From: an uncultured Leptospiraceae bacterium
GTDB taxonomy: Bacteria; Spirochaetota; UBA4802; UB4802
Length of the DNA: 62,768 bases
Direction: 5' to 3'
Assembly (NCBI GenBank): GCA_964486725.1
Contig: CAZAOK010000008.1
Coordinates: forward strand, 1-62,768
In this document: positions 28,860 through 40,978 of the stretch, in pieces
Numbering within the stretch: the first letter of the stretch is position 1
How the letters are laid out: each line of letters begins with the position of its first letter
Made by a program: the position numbers and the translations under genes
The notes under the pieces: generated by a model
What the model saw: the letters and a program-made list of their open reading frames with translations, nothing else
Told to the model about the DNA's origin: nothing
The model's database searches: none

Positions 28860-29042
28860 GTGTTTAAAAAAACAGTGACATTTGTTAAAGAAGCCAGGGA
28901 TGAGTTGGGAAAGGTTACCTGGCCTGAACGTGACGAGGTGACAAGTTTTACTATAGTGGTAGTGGTGACTGTGGTGATTGTGTCCCTATTTCTTTGGGCA
29001 GTCGATACCACCCTTATGTCTATAATTCAGACGGTGATGTGA
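28860..29042 (+). CDS. secE: Preprotein translocase subunit SecE
   Basis: ELGKVTWP motif plus one TM; precedes nusG. Confidence 0.95.
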   Translation: MFKKTVTFVKEARDELGKVTWPERDEVTSFTIVVVVTVVIVSLFLWAVDTTLMSIIQTVM

Positions 29043-29047
29043 TAATC

Positions 29048-29590
29048 ATGTCAAAGGGATGGTTTGTAATACATACTTACTCAGGTCATGAAAACAAGGT
29101 AAAGCTTACGCTTGAGAAGAAAGTACAGAATCTTGGTTTTGATGACAGAATTTTCCAGGTAAAGATACCCACTGTTGATGTTACTGAAGTCAAAGAAGGG
29201 AAGAAAAGGGTGAAAACCAAGAAAATATTCCCTGGATATGTTCTTGTTGAGATGTTGCTTGATGATGAGACATGGAGCCTTGTGAAGAACACCCCGGGTG
29301 TTACCAACTTTGTGGGAGCGTACGGATCGGGTAAACCCCGTCCTCTTTCTATTAACGAGGTCAGCTCGCTGTTTGACCAGATGGGCGAACAGAAGGCAAA
29401 AGAAAAAGCATCAGCTGTAATGGAATTTTCTGTTGGTGAGCATGTAAAGGTAATTGATGGTCCTTTCAGCAATTTTACCGGTATTATCGAAGAAGTGCAC
29501 CCGGAAAAAGGAAGACTGAGGGTGAAAGTTGAGATTTTTGGCAGGGGAACTCCTGTTGAACTGGATTTCTTGCAGGTTGGGAAAATTTAG
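29048..29590 (+). CDS. nusG: Transcription termination/antitermination factor NusG
   Basis: WFVIHTYSGHENKV, FPGYVLVEM, KOW DGPF, IFGRGTPVEL. Confidence 0.97.
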   Translation: MSKGWFVIHTYSGHENKVKLTLEKKVQNLGFDDRIFQVKIPTVDVTEVKEGKKRVKTKKIFPGYVLVEMLLDDETWSLVKNTPGVTNFVGAYGSGKPRPLSINEVSSLFDQMGEQKAKEKASAVMEFSVGEHVKVIDGPFSNFTGIIEEVHPEKGRLRVKVEIFGRGTPVELDFLQVGKI

Positions 29591-29632
29591 GCTGTAAATA
29601 TATACTTTATTAATCAGAAAAGGTAGTTGAAG

Positions 29633-30067
29633 ATGGCACCAAAGAAAAAGAAAATAATGACTCAGATTAAACTCCAGATCCCCGGTGGTCAGGCAAATCC
29701 AGCTCCACCCGTTGGGCCTGCCCTTGGTCAGCATGGCTTGAACATAATGGAGTTCTGCAAGGCATTCAACGATAGAACGAAAGATCAGCAGGGGTTGATA
29801 CTGCCGGTTATAATTACCGTATACGAAGACAGGTCGTACAATTTTATAATCAAGACTCCACCTGCGGCAGTGTTGATTAAGAAGGCATTAAAGATAGAAA
29901 GCGGATCAAGTGAACCTAACAGGGAAAAGGTCGGAAAGATAACCAGGGCACAACTTGAAGAAATCGCGAATATAAAAATGCCCGACTTAAATGCGGTGAA
30001 TATTGACGCGGCGGTAAAGATTATTGCCGGCACCGCGAGGTCAATGGGCGTTGATGTAGCAGAGTAA
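29633..30067 (+). CDS. rplK: 50S ribosomal protein L11
   Basis: [15 protein letters not shown]. Confidence 0.98.
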   Translation: MAPKKKKIMTQIKLQIPGGQANPAPPVGPALGQHGLNIMEFCKAFNDRTKDQQGLILPVIITVYEDRSYNFIIKTPPAAVLIKKALKIESGSSEPNREKVGKITRAQLEEIANIKMPDLNAVNIDAAVKIIAGTARSMGVDVAE

Positions 30068-30108
30068 CACTGGTATTATTCAGATAAATGAAGTTTTGAG
30101 GTTTAATT

Positions 30109-30792
30109 ATGAATCGTGGGAAAAAAATAACTGATGCGCGAAGTAAAGTAGATAAAACAAAGCTTTACCCTCTTGATGAAGCGATAGGTTTGTTGAAAGA
30201 GAATGCTTTCGCATCTTTTGACGAATCTGTTGAGATGTCAGTTAAAATAGTTCACAAAAGCTACCAGAATATACGTGGCTCCGCGGTGCTTCCCAATGGC
30301 ACGGGAAAAGAAGTGAAAGTTCTGGTTATATGCAAAGGTGACAAGCAGAAAGAAGCTACAGAAGCTGGTGCTGATTATGTAGGTGCCGAAGATATTATTG
30401 AAAAAATCAAGGAAGGCTGGATTGATTTTCAGGCTGTCGTGGCTACTCCTGATATGATGAAAGAAGTTGGAAAACTGGGACCTGTTCTCGGCAGAAAAGG
30501 CCTGATGCCGAAACCAAAAGCCGGTACGGTTACCGATGATGTAAAAGGTGTAGTAAAAGAATTAAAGGGCGGCCGGGTAGAATACAGGGCTGACAAGACC
30601 GGTGTTATTCACATGGGGGTTGGTAAAAAAACCTTTGATGATAGAAGCCTGATGGAAAACATCAAAACATTTTACAGCCAGGTAGTTAAAGATAAGCCTT
30701 CGGATGCGAAGGGGAATTATATAAGATCGGTTCATATATGTTCAACCATGGGACCCGGAATAAAAATTAATCATAAGGGGATAGAAAGGTAA
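30109..30792 (+). CDS. rplA: 50S ribosomal protein L1
   Basis: LPNGTGK, LGRKGLMPKPKAGTVT, STMGPG. Confidence 0.98.
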   Translation: MNRGKKITDARSKVDKTKLYPLDEAIGLLKENAFASFDESVEMSVKIVHKSYQNIRGSAVLPNGTGKEVKVLVICKGDKQKEATEAGADYVGAEDIIEKIKEGWIDFQAVVATPDMMKEVGKLGPVLGRKGLMPKPKAGTVTDDVKGVVKELKGGRVEYRADKTGVIHMGVGKKTFDDRSLMENIKTFYSQVVKDKPSDAKGNYIRSVHICSTMGPGIKINHKGIER

Positions 30793-31316
30793 TGGCTAAA
30801 CAGTATAAAATAGATGCGGTTACTGATCTCGTCAACAGGCTAAAAGAAAAGCAGAATATTATCCTTACTGATTATTCAGGTATTAAGGTTGAAGATCTAC
30901 ACACATTGCGACGCTCGCTTGGTGAAAAAGATATTGATTACAAGGTAGTTAAAAACAGTCTTTTCAGCAGGGCCTTAAAAGAAGTAGGTTTCCCGGATAT
31001 CAATGAACATTTAACCGGACCTATTGGCGTCGTATTTGCAAAGGAAGATCTCAGTGAAGCTGCGCAGATTATGAAAACTTTCTCTAAAGAACAGGAGAAT
31101 TTCAGTTATAATCTGGGCATAATGGATAATGTTGTATACGGGAAGGATCAATTAAAGAGAATCGCAGATCTGCCAACTAAGGACGAATTGCTTGCGAAGA
31201 CAATGTCACTTCTAAATGGTCCGGCTTCAGGTATCGCGATGATGCAAAAACAGGTGATATCATCACTGGCAAGGGGAATCAAGGCTGTTGCCGAAAAAAA
31301 CGAGCAGGCAGCTTAA
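30792..31316 (+). CDS. rplJ: 50S ribosomal protein L10
   Basis: YKVVKNSL, LTGP, LPTKDELLAK; conserved position. Confidence 0.96.
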   Translation: MAKQYKIDAVTDLVNRLKEKQNIILTDYSGIKVEDLHTLRRSLGEKDIDYKVVKNSLFSRALKEVGFPDINEHLTGPIGVVFAKEDLSEAAQIMKTFSKEQENFSYNLGIMDNVVYGKDQLKRIADLPTKDELLAKTMSLLNGPASGIAMMQKQVISSLARGIKAVAEKNEQAA

Positions 31317-31446
31317 GATATAGAATTTCAGGGCGAAAAAGGACTTTGTGTTCAGTAGATACCAATGTCTTTTCTACCCCTTATAAGTTTTTACGGCTAT
31401 GTTCGTATTAACTTGAGAAATCACTAAGTATAAGGAGTAACAAAAA

Positions 31447-31833
31447 ATGGCAAAATTGTCAGTACAAGAACTTTTAGATGCGATTAGCGAGTTGACGCTT
31501 CTTGAAGCATCAGAACTCGTTGAAGCTATGGAAGAAAAATTCGGAATTTCAGCTGCGGCACCAGTAGCAGTTGCAGCGGCAGGCGGCGCGGCAGGCGGCG
31601 CGGAAGCGGCTGAAGAAGAACAGACTGAGTTTGATGTTATTCTTACCGGTTTTGGTGAAAACAAGATTGCGGTTATTAAGGAAGTCCGTGCTATCACTGG
31701 ACTGGGCCTTAAAGAAGCGAAAGAGCTTGTAGAAGCTGGTGGAAAAGCAGTAAAAGAAAAAGTTGCCAAAGATGAGGCTGCAAAGGTTAAAGAACAGCTT
31801 GAAGGAGCTGGCGCGACAGTTGAACTTAAATAA
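31447..31833 (+). CDS. rplL: 50S ribosomal protein L7/L12
   Basis: [30 protein letters not shown]. Confidence 0.98.
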   Translation: MAKLSVQELLDAISELTLLEASELVEAMEEKFGISAAAPVAVAAAGGAAGGAEAAEEEQTEFDVILTGFGENKIAVIKEVRAITGLGLKEAKELVEAGGKAVKEKVAKDEAAKVKEQLEGAGATVELK

Positions 31834-31882
31834 AAGTGTTGCAAATTTAATTTGAAAAAGTATCAAAAAATTGGTATACTGA

Positions 31883-31932
31883 CACCGGGAGGTTTGGTTG
31901 TTGATCGACCAGGCCTATCGGTGTATAGTTTT
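31883..31932 (+). terminator. Hairpin/attenuator in the rplL-rpoB spacer
   Basis: acaccg..gtttggttg-ttgat-cgaccaggc..cggtgt followed by a T-rich tract. Confidence 0.45.
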
Positions 31933-32113
31933 GTTCACAAAATATTTTCTTCAAACGGCATTCAAAAGCGTTGAAAAAGCCATTCATTGCACACCAAATT
32001 ACAAAAGTAGAACGATTACAGGGTATTCGTCGAAAATCATGTGAAAAAATCTTTAATGCGTCTTAAGGGGCGTGTCTTTACATTCAGGAAAATATATTAT
32101 CGGGAAAAAGTAC

Positions 32114-35100
32114 ATGCAGAAACAAAAGAAAGTAATCAGCTTCGGAAAAATTGATCCAGGTATTACGCTTCCAAATCTTATTGATAATCAGGTCAGTTCT
32201 TATAAGTGGTTCTTGCAGCCGGACGTATCTGCGAGCAAACGGAAGAATCAGGGGCTGCAGGCCGTATTTACCGATACTTTCCCAATTGAAAGTCCACATG
32301 AGGATGTGGTTCTTGAATTCATTGAGTACGAATTCGGGGAACCCAAGTATTCTGAACTGGAATGCAAAGAACGTGATGTTACATATGCCACTCCGCTAAA
32401 AGCAACTATACGGCTTATTAAGAAAGACAGTATGGAAGTGCGTGAACAGTCAGTATACATGGGTGATATACCATTGATGACTGAAAGTGGAACATTCATC
32501 ATCAATGGTGCAGAACGTGTGGTTGTGAATCAGCTGCACAGGTCTCCGGGTATATTCTTCTTTTATGAAGAAAGTGAAAGAACATATAATGTAAGGGTAA
32601 TACCCGATCGGGGTTCGTGGCTTGAATTCGAGATGGATACCAAGGGACTTATTGTTTGCCGAATAGACCGAAAAAAGAAGTTTCCGGTTACCATACTGAT
32701 TAAAGCTCTCGGGTTTGAAACAAATGAAGAAGTGATAAAGCTTTTTTATGATACAAAAACAATAAAACTTACAAAAGAAGAGGCTTACGAAAGTCTTAAA
32801 AACAGGCGTGTAGCAGCAGATGTGGTGAGTGGAGAAACCGGAGAGGTTATTCTCGACGCTGGTGAACGCATCACCATAGACTCAATTGACACTCTTAAAG
32901 ATGAAAAGATAAAAGAAATTGAAGTAATTGAATTTCCTAACAATAAAGATGACGCATACTTGATAAATTCACTGGAAAAAGATGAATGCAAGAGCTCTGA
33001 GGAAGCACTTCTGAAACTTCATCAGATTGTCCGTCCTGGTGAACCGTCTAATATTGAAAACGCGAACAACGAGCTTTACAGGTTATTCTTCAATCCCAGG
33101 ACGTACAGTCTCGGGGGTGTTGGCAGGTATAAAATTAACCGGAAGTTCGGCTTCGAGATGGAAGATCGAGAAGAGGATACTCTTGTCACAGATGATATTG
33201 TCGCCACAGTTAAGTACATGTTATACCTGATCGCAGAGGTTGAAGGGTATGATGTAGATGATATTGATCACCTTGGTAACAGGCGAGTTCGTTCAGTTGG
33301 TGAGCTCATCATGAACCAGGTGAAGCTGGGTTTTCAAAGAATGGAACGTGTCATTAAGGAGCGCATGACAATTCAGGATCTTGACGTGGTGACTCCACAG
33401 GCATTGATAAGCATTAAGCCTATAACGGCTGTGATTAACGAATTTTTCGGTTCAAGCCAGTTGTCACAGTTTATGGATCAGACAAATCCCCTGTCCGAAC
33501 TTACACATAAGAGAAGGCTGAATGCCCTCGGACCTGGCGGATTGACAAGGGAAAGAGCGGGTTTTGAAGTGAGAGATGTACACCCTTCACATTATGGACG
33601 GATGTGTCCCATTGAGACACCTGAGGGGCCGAATATCGGACTTATCCTGTCTATGAGTACATATTCACGGATAAACGACTATGGCTTTCTTGAAACACCT
33701 TACAAGGTAGTAAAGAAAGGTGTGGTGACCAATGATATACAGTATCTTACCGCCGACCAGGAAGACAGGCATTTTATTGCCCAGGCAAACGCGCAAATAG
33801 ATGACAATAGAAAGTTTGTTAAATCAATCATTCCCTGCCGGCACAGGGGGGATTTCCCATACAAAAAACCCGAAGAGATTCAGTACATGGACGTGTCACC
33901 ACAGCAGATATTTTCAGTGTCCACCTGTCTTATACCATTTCTCGAACATGATGATGCTAACAGGGCACTCATGGGGTCAAACATGCAAAGGCAGGCCGTA
34001 CCATTGCTTGTGGAGGAGGCTCCGCTAGTGGGTACAGGCATGGAAAGGGCGGCGGCATACGATTCAGGTGTAATTATCATAGCACGCAGGGCGGGAGAAG
34101 TGGTGTACGCTGATGGGGCCCTGGTAAAGATCAAGACTTCAAGTGGTGATATTGATGAATACTGGTTGCAAAAATTCAAACGAACAAACCAGGGTACCTG
34201 TTTTAACCAGCGTCCTGCCGTGAGAAAGGGGCAAAAGATTAAGGCCGGTGATATTGTAGCAGACGGTCCTGCAACAGATAATGGAAGACTTGCCCTCGGT
34301 AAGAATATAATGGTAGCCTTTATGCCGTGGATGGGGTATAACTTTGAAGATGCAATACTCATATCTGAGAGGCTGGTAAGGGACGATACGTTTACATCTG
34401 TACATATAGAACAGTTCGAAATTGAAGCGCGTGAGACAAAACTTGGAAGGGAAGTCATCACCCGTGACATACCGAATCTCAGTGAGAAGGCTTTCAGAGA
34501 TCTTGATGCCGATGGTGTTGTACGTAATGGCGCTTATGTGGCACCAGGCGATATTCTTGTTGGGAAAGTAACCCCAAAGGGAGAGCAGGATCTCACCCCT
34601 GAATATAAATTACTTCATTCAATATTCGGCGAAAAGGCACGGGAGGTTCGTGACACTTCATTGCGCGTGCCAAACGGTGTTGAAGGGATCGTTGTTGATG
34701 TCAAGCGATTCAGCCGTGAAAACGGCGATGAACTGTCACCAGGTGTTGAAGAACTGGTTAAGGTGTACGTAGCGTCGAAACGAAAAATTTCTGTCGGTGA
34801 TAAAATGGCAGGACGTCATGGTAACAAGGGGGTTATATCAAGAATTGTTCCTGAATATGATCTGCCGTATCTGCCCGACGGAACACCGGTTGACATCGTG
34901 CTTAACCCGTTGTCAGTTCCTTCCCGAATGAACCTCGGTCAGCTGCTTGAAACTGAGCTTGGCTGGGCGGCAGGTGAGCTGGACATTCTCATTGAAACGC
35001 CAATATTTGACGGTGCAAAAGAACAGGATGTTCGTGATTATCTGAAAAAGGCGGGTCTTCCAGAGTCATGCAAAACTATTTTGTATGATGGAAGAACGGG

Positions 35101-35563
35101 TAAAGCATTTGAGAACGAAGTTATGGTAGGGCAGATTTATATGCTGAAACTGGCCCACATGATTGATGATAAAATACATGCTCGTTCAACAGGTCCTTAC
35201 TCGCTTGTTACACAGCAGCCGCTTGGTGGTAAGGCGCAGTTCGGCGGACAGCGGCTTGGAGAGATGGAGGTATGGGCACTTGAAGCATATGGTGCGGCAT
35301 ATACACTACAGGAACTTCTTACCGTCAAATCAGATGATATGCTCGGACGGGCAAGAATATACGAAGCAATCGTTAAAGGCATAAACACAACCACTCCCGG
35401 TATACCGGAATCGTTTAATGTTCTGATACAGGAGTTGCGTGGACTTGCCCTTGATGTGCGAATATATGATGACAAAAATAACGAAATAGGTCTATCAGAG
35501 TGGAGTGAAGGTTTCAGTAAAACTAAACGTAAGATCAAGCTGGACACTTTGGAGAACATATGA
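32114..35563 (+). CDS. rpoB: DNA-directed RNA polymerase subunit beta
   Basis: [41 protein letters not shown]. Confidence 0.99.
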   Translation: MQKQKKVISFGKIDPGITLPNLIDNQVSSYKWFLQPDVSASKRKNQGLQAVFTDTFPIESPHEDVVLEFIEYEFGEPKYSELECKERDVTYATPLKATIRLIKKDSMEVREQSVYMGDIPLMTESGTFIINGAERVVVNQLHRSPGIFFFYEESERTYNVRVIPDRGSWLEFEMDTKGLIVCRIDRKKKFPVTILIKALGFETNEEVIKLFYDTKTIKLTKEEAYESLKNRRVAADVVSGETGEVILDAGERITIDSIDTLKDEKIKEIEVIEFPNNKDDAYLINSLEKDECKSSEEALLKLHQIVRPGEPSNIENANNELYRLFFNPRTYSLGGVGRYKINRKFGFEMEDREEDTLVTDDIVATVKYMLYLIAEVEGYDVDDIDHLGNRRVRSVGELIMNQVKLGFQRMERVIKERMTIQDLDVVTPQALISIKPITAVINEFFGSSQLSQFMDQTNPLSELTHKRRLNALGPGGLTRERAGFEVRDVHPSHYGRMCPIETPEGPNIGLILSMSTYSRINDYGFLETPYKVVKKGVVTNDIQYLTADQEDRHFIAQANAQIDDNRKFVKSIIPCRHRGDFPYKKPEEIQYMDVSPQQIFSVSTCLIPFLEHDDANRALMGSNMQRQAVPLLVEEAPLVGTGMERAAAYDSGVIIIARRAGEVVYADGALVKIKTSSGDIDEYWLQKFKRTNQGTCFNQRPAVRKGQKIKAGDIVADGPATDNGRLALGKNIMVAFMPWMGYNFEDAILISERLVRDDTFTSVHIEQFEIEARETKLGREVITRDIPNLSEKAFRDLDADGVVRNGAYVAPGDILVGKVTPKGEQDLTPEYKLLHSIFGEKAREVRDTSLRVPNGVEGIVVDVKRFSRENGDELSPGVEELVKVYVASKRKISVGDKMAGRHGNKGVISRIVPEYDLPYLPDGTPVDIVLNPLSVPSRMNLGQLLETELGWAAGELDILIETPIFDGAKEQDVRDYLKKAGLPESCKTILYDGRTGKAFENEVMVGQIYMLKLAHMIDDKIHARSTGPYSLVTQQPLGGKAQFGGQRLGEMEVWALEAYGAAYTLQELLTVKSDDMLGRARIYEAIVKGINTTTPGIPESFNVLIQELRGLALDVRIYDDKNNEIGLSEWSEGFSKTKRKIKLDTLENI

Positions 35564-35629
35564 TTGAAACTATGTGTACTTACCTTTAGAAGACTTGAAA
35601 AAATTTGATTAAAAGGTATGTGAGAATAT

Positions 35630-38600
35630 ATGATGAGAGATTTTAACGATTTCAATTCCATTCAGATTAAACTAGCATCACCCGACATGATCAGGGAATG
35701 GTCATATGGCGAGGTGAAGAAACCGGAAACCATCAACTACAGAACTTTAAAACCTGAGCGCGATGGTTTATTCTGTGAACGAATTTTTGGTACCACCAAG
35801 GAGTGGGAGTGTTACTGCGGAAAATTTAAGTCCATACGGTATAAAGGTGTTGTCTGTGACCGTTGTGGAGTTGAAGTAACACATTACAAGGTAAGAAGGG
35901 AACGTGGTGGGCATATCGAACTTGCCTGTCCGGTAGCTCATATATGGTATTATCGATCTGTACCATCGCGAGTTGGCCTTCTTCTTAACCTTACGGTGAA
36001 CGCACTGAAGTCAATATTGTATTATGAAAAGTATGTTGTCATTGACCCGGGTAATACCGAGTTGAAGATGGGTGAAATTATTGATGAAGACACGTTCAAT
36101 CATTATTACGAGACAGAAGGTGATACGTTCATAGCAGATATGGGGGCATCGGCAATAAAAGAAATGTTGCTGCGTCTTGATCTTGATGAAGAGTCACGTA
36201 ACCTTCGTGTGGAAATTGCTGATAACGAGTCCAAGGTTGACAGGAAGCTCATTAAACGGCTTGAGATCATTGAGTCATTCAGGGATTCCGGTAATAAACC
36301 CGAGTGGATGGTATTGGATACTATTCCCGTCATCCCCCCCGAACTCAGACCAATGGTACAGCTTGACGGTGGACGGTTCGCAACCTCAGACCTCAATGAT
36401 CTTTACAGGCGGGTTATAAACAGAAACAACAGGCTCAAAAGACTGCTTATGCTGCGTGCGCCTGATATTATTGTACGTAATGAGAAACGGATGCTGCAGG
36501 AAGCAGTTGATGCCCTGTTTGACAACAGCAGGAGAAAGAGGGCCGTAAAAGGAAAGGCTAACAGGCCTCTGAAATCTCTAAGCGATATGCTGAAAGGTAA
36601 GCAGGGCCGCTTTCGACAGAATCTTCTGGGAAAACGAGTCGATTATTCAGGACGATCAGTAATTGTTGTCGGCCCCGAATTAAAAATATACCAGTGCGGT
36701 CTACCGAAGAAAATGGCTATCGAGTTGTTCAAGCCTTTTATAATGAAAAGGCTTGTAGATAACTTGTATGTTCAAAATATAAAATCCGCAAAAAAGATGG
36801 TGGAAAACGAAAGACCAGAGGTTTGGGAAGTTCTTGAAGAGGTGATTGCCGAACATCCGGTGCTTTTGAACAGGGCACCAACCCTTCATCGACTTGGCAT
36901 CCAGGCCTTCGAACCCGTACTTGTAGAAGGGAAAGCAATAAAGCTGCATCCACTGGTATGTCACGCGTATAACGCCGACTTTGATGGTGACCAGATGGCA
37001 GTACATGTCCCTCTTTCACCTCGGGCACAAATAGAATGCTGGACCTTGATGCTTTCGGCAAACAACCTGCTGTCTCCGGCGAATGGCCAGCCAATAGTGA
37101 CACCAACACAGGATATAGTGCTTGGTATTTATTACCTGACATCTGAATTCGGTGAAGAAGTTGAACATATGCCAATGTTTGATAACGATGCTGATCTTAC
37201 CAGGGCTGTTGATTACGGTCAGGTCAAGATGCGTTCCAAAATCAAATACCTGGTTGGTGATGAATTCATAGTTACTACCCCCGGAAGAATTATTTTTAAT
37301 GAAATTTTACCGGAAGGATATCCATATGTGAATTACACTGTAAACGATAAGGAAGTGGCTGCGATAATATCAAAGATATTCAGGGAACATGGTCCTAACG
37401 CTACCGTACAGGTGCTGGATGCTATTAAGGAGACCGGTTACAAATACGGTACACTGTTTGGTCCAACTATTTCGATGTCTGATATAAAGATACCTGAAGA
37501 AAAAAGCAGTTTTATTGCGCAGGGTGACAAGAAACTTGAAAGTATAGAGAATGAATATCGAAATGGATATATAACAAACGAGGAAAGGTACAACAGGGTT
37601 ATTGACCTCTGGACAAAGACTAATGAAGAAGTAACGGATATCATGTTTCAGGAAATGTCAAGCGATGCTGAAGGTTTTAACCCAATATATATAATGGCCC
37701 AGTCCGGTGCAAGGGGAAGCAAACAACAGATTCGTCAGCTGGCTGGAATGCGTGGTTTAATGGCAAAACCAAGCGGTGAAATTATTGACGTTCCTATTCG
37801 CGCGAACTTTAAAGAAGGATTAACGGTACTGGAATATTTTATTTCAACCAACGGTGCGCGAAAAGGTCTCGCGGATACCGCACTTAAAACCGCGGATGCG
37901 GGATATCTTACAAGAAGACTTGTTGATATCGCGCAGGATGTTGTAATTAACATGGTGGACTGTAATACCACTGTTGGTATAGACGTGTATCCCATAAAAG
38001 AAGGTGACGAGGTGATCGAATCACTTGGCGCCCGTGTGCTTGGAAGAACTCTTCTGTATGATCTAATTCATCCGGTCAACAAGGAAGTGATATGTGGCGC
38101 TGACGAGATAATTGATGAAGAAACAGCCCAGATAATTGATGAGTTGGACATAGACTCTATTGAAATCCGATCTGTACTTACATGTGAGGCACGTCATGGA
38201 GTATGTGCCAAGTGTTACGGTCGAAACCTTGCCAACGCCAGGGCTGTTGATAATGGCGAAGCAGTTGGCATTATTGCGGCACAGTCAATCGGACAGCCAG
38301 GTACACAGCTGACGATGCGTACCTTCCATATAGGTGGTATCGCATCACGGTCAGTAGAAGAGAGCGAAGTTCGGCTTAATTACCCCATTTACATAAAAGA
38401 ACTCACCTTTAAGACTGTAAAAGCGCAGGACGAAGAAGGAAACAGGAAAACAATTTCTGTGCGACGGGGATATATCGTCGTTCAGAGAATAATTGACGAA
38501 ATTTCGATAAAAACTGACTGGGAAGTGCTGGTGCAGGATGGAGAGAAAGTGTACAGTGGTACACCAATAATCAAGAAGCCAGATGAAAGCACCATTAATG

Positions 38601-39844
38601 CTACACATTCAGGTATATCCAAGCTGGACAAGAAGAAGCTGTACATTCTTGGTGATTCACATATGATACCGATCAATGTAGGTGCTGAAATCAACGTTAA
38701 GGCTGAAAAATTTTACGAGGTTGATCCTTCAACCGGAAAAACTGAAGCACTGGTAACCTTTGATCCATGGTTTGAGCCGATCCTTACAGAAATTAATGGT
38801 AAGGTGGGATTCGTTGATGTTGAGTTAAATAAGAGTCTTCGGGAAGAGATCGATCCGCAAACAAACCAGACAAAGCGTGTAATTGTAGAGTATAAAACTG
38901 AGAAGTTGCAGCCAATGATCGAGATACATGGTTCTGGTGAGGAAGTTAATACATATCTTCTCCCAAAGGGAGCGCATCTTAACGTGGAAGATGGCCAGAC
39001 TGTAAAGGCAGGTAATGTTCTTGCCAAGATTCCAAGAGAAGTAGCAAAAACAAAGGACATCACCGGTGGTCTTCCAAGGGTTGCCGAGCTGTTCGAGGCA
39101 AGATCGCCAAGAGATTCTGCTACACTGAGTGAAATTGACGGAACCGTAAGAATTGGTGATACAACAAAGAATAAACGAAAAATAATTGTTACTGCTGAGG
39201 ATGGAACAACCAAGGAATATTCAATACCTGCATCAAAGTTCCTGCGGGTACAAGATGGAGACTGGATAAATAAAGGGGAGAAGGTTGATGATGGTTCAAT
39301 TGATCCCCACGATATTTTAAAGATCAAGGGCCCACGTGAGCTTCAGAAATTCCTTGTGAATGAGATACAGGAGGTTTACAGGCTTCAGGGTGTTATAATC
39401 GATGATAAGCACATTGAGGTTATTGTTCGCCAGATGCTTAGAAAAGTAAGAATTACGGATCCTGGTGATACAAGCTTTGTAATCGAGCAGATAGTGGATA
39501 AGTTTGATTTTATTGATGAGAATAAGAGGGTGGTAGAAGAAGGTGGTAAACCTTCAACTGCGATGCCAATTCTAATGGGTATTACCAAGTCGGCTCTTAA
39601 TACCGAGTCATTTATATCTGCTGCCTCATTCCAGGAAACAACCAAGGTTCTTACCGATGCGGCAATTAAAGGTAAGGTAGACCAGTTGCGAGGTCTGAAG
39701 GAGAACGTTATTATCGGACATCTCATACCTGCCGGTACAGGAGTCAAAGATTACCAGAGGGTTGAGGTGTACCAGGATAAACCTGGAGACCTTGAGGGTA
39801 TGGTGGAAGAGGGAAAACAGGAAGAAGTTCCAACTGAAAGCTAA
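35630..39844 (+). CDS. rpoC: DNA-directed RNA polymerase subunit beta'
   Basis: [35 protein letters not shown]. Confidence 0.99.
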   Translation: MMRDFNDFNSIQIKLASPDMIREWSYGEVKKPETINYRTLKPERDGLFCERIFGTTKEWECYCGKFKSIRYKGVVCDRCGVEVTHYKVRRERGGHIELACPVAHIWYYRSVPSRVGLLLNLTVNALKSILYYEKYVVIDPGNTELKMGEIIDEDTFNHYYETEGDTFIADMGASAIKEMLLRLDLDEESRNLRVEIADNESKVDRKLIKRLEIIESFRDSGNKPEWMVLDTIPVIPPELRPMVQLDGGRFATSDLNDLYRRVINRNNRLKRLLMLRAPDIIVRNEKRMLQEAVDALFDNSRRKRAVKGKANRPLKSLSDMLKGKQGRFRQNLLGKRVDYSGRSVIVVGPELKIYQCGLPKKMAIELFKPFIMKRLVDNLYVQNIKSAKKMVENERPEVWEVLEEVIAEHPVLLNRAPTLHRLGIQAFEPVLVEGKAIKLHPLVCHAYNADFDGDQMAVHVPLSPRAQIECWTLMLSANNLLSPANGQPIVTPTQDIVLGIYYLTSEFGEEVEHMPMFDNDADLTRAVDYGQVKMRSKIKYLVGDEFIVTTPGRIIFNEILPEGYPYVNYTVNDKEVAAIISKIFREHGPNATVQVLDAIKETGYKYGTLFGPTISMSDIKIPEEKSSFIAQGDKKLESIENEYRNGYITNEERYNRVIDLWTKTNEEVTDIMFQEMSSDAEGFNPIYIMAQSGARGSKQQIRQLAGMRGLMAKPSGEIIDVPIRANFKEGLTVLEYFISTNGARKGLADTALKTADAGYLTRRLVDIAQDVVINMVDCNTTVGIDVYPIKEGDEVIESLGARVLGRTLLYDLIHPVNKEVICGADEIIDEETAQIIDELDIDSIEIRSVLTCEARHGVCAKCYGRNLANARAVDNGEAVGIIAAQSIGQPGTQLTMRTFHIGGIASRSVEESEVRLNYPIYIKELTFKTVKAQDEEGNRKTISVRRGYIVVQRIIDEISIKTDWEVLVQDGEKVYSGTPIIKKPDESTINATHSGISKLDKKKLYILGDSHMIPINVGAEINVKAEKFYEVDPSTGKTEALVTFDPWFEPILTEINGKVGFVDVELNKSLREEIDPQTNQTKRVIVEYKTEKLQPMIEIHGSGEEVNTYLLPKGAHLNVEDGQTVKAGNVLAKIPREVAKTKDITGGLPRVAELFEARSPRDSATLSEIDGTVRIGDTTKNKRKIIVTAEDGTTKEYSIPASKFLRVQDGDWINKGEKVDDGSIDPHDILKIKGPRELQKFLVNEIQEVYRLQGVIIDDKHIEVIVRQMLRKVRITDPGDTSFVIEQIVDKFDFIDENKRVVEEGGKPSTAMPILMGITKSALNTESFISAASFQETTKVLTDAAIKGKVDQLRGLKENVIIGHLIPAGTGVKDYQRVEVYQDKPGDLEGMVEEGKQEEVPTES

Positions 39845-39943
39845 TTTTTCTTGACAAAAAACGGGGCTGCGAAGCATATACCAGTAAACTTTGATATATG
39901 TGTTGCAAAACCTATATAGAATTAAGGATATAAAGGAGCACAA

Positions 39944-40318
39944 ATGCCTACTATTAATCAGTTGATTCGAAAGGGGAGAAAGAGTAGATCCAACAAATCA
40001 AAATCCCCGGCTTTAAAGCAATGTCCCCAGAAGCGGGGAGTGTGCACAAGGGTTATGACTGTGACGCCCAAGAAACCTAACTCCGCGTTGAGAAAGGTTG
40101 CCCGTGTGCGTCTGACAAATGGAATAGAGGTAACCGCTTATATTCCCGGAGTAGGGCATAACCTGCAGGAGCACTCAGCGGTTCTTGTGAGAGGCGGACG
40201 AGTTAAAGACATTCCAGGTGTTCGTTATCATATCGTTCGTGGTGCACTTGATTCCCTGGGTGTTGAAGACAGAAGAAAGAGCAGATCTAAATATGGAACG
40301 AAAAGGCCCAAGGCATAA
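39944..40318 (+). CDS. rpsL: 30S ribosomal protein S12
   Basis: [18 protein letters not shown]. Confidence 0.99.
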   Translation: MPTINQLIRKGRKSRSNKSKSPALKQCPQKRGVCTRVMTVTPKKPNSALRKVARVRLTNGIEVTAYIPGVGHNLQEHSAVLVRGGRVKDIPGVRYHIVRGALDSLGVEDRRKSRSKYGTKRPKA

Positions 40319-40355
40319 TACCGGGATATTAACTGAGGGGTAAAGAGGTTAGAGC

Positions 40356-40826
40356 ATGTCACGAAGGAGAAGACCAGCCAAAAGAGATATACTGCCAGAT
40401 CCGAAATTTGGTAGTAAGTTGGTAACGAAATTTGTAAACTGCATGATGTTGCAGGGAAAAAAAGGTGTTTCTGAGACAATTTTTTATAAGGCAATGGACA
40501 TACTTGCCGAAAAGACACAGAAAGAACCTGTTGAAGTATTCCAGGCGTCACTTGAAAACGTTAAACCTCAGGTTGAAGTTAAGTCACGTCGAGTTGGTGG
40601 AGCCACTTACCAGGTTCCGGTTGAGATCAGACCGGAAAGAAGGCAGGCCCTGGCTATACGCTGGATTATTAACTATTCACGGGCAAGAGGTGAAAAGACC
40701 ATGTATCAGCGTCTTGCAGGTGAGCTTATGGATGCGTATAATAACACAGGTTCAACAATTAAGAAAAAAGAAGATACCCATAAAATGGCAGAAGCTAACA
40801 AGGCATTTGCGCATTATAAGTGGTAG
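40356..40826 (+). CDS. rpsG: 30S ribosomal protein S7
   Basis: [24 protein letters not shown]. Confidence 0.99.
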   Translation: MSRRRRPAKRDILPDPKFGSKLVTKFVNCMMLQGKKGVSETIFYKAMDILAEKTQKEPVEVFQASLENVKPQVEVKSRRVGGATYQVPVEIRPERRQALAIRWIINYSRARGEKTMYQRLAGELMDAYNNTGSTIKKKEDTHKMAEANKAFAHYKW

Positions 40827-40858
40827 AAACAATTATAATGTATTTATTTATACCTTTT

Positions 40859-40892
40859 AATACCAGGGCAGATACCCTGGTATTTGGTATTT
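40859..40892 (+). terminator. Hairpin between rpsG and fusA (possible attenuator)
   Basis: aataccaggg-cagata-ccctggtatt followed by a T-rich tract. Confidence 0.55.
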
Positions 40893-40978
40893 TATGATAA
40901 TCTAAAGAAGATATATATATATTACTACTTAGGTGAAAAGTGGTAAAGAATAAGAATTGAATACACCAGGTGCAGGTT

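Noticed and set aside
32114-39844. Inteins, introns or frameshifts in rpoB/rpoC
   Set aside because: Both are single uninterrupted ORFs of ordinary length, and I saw no intein motifs.
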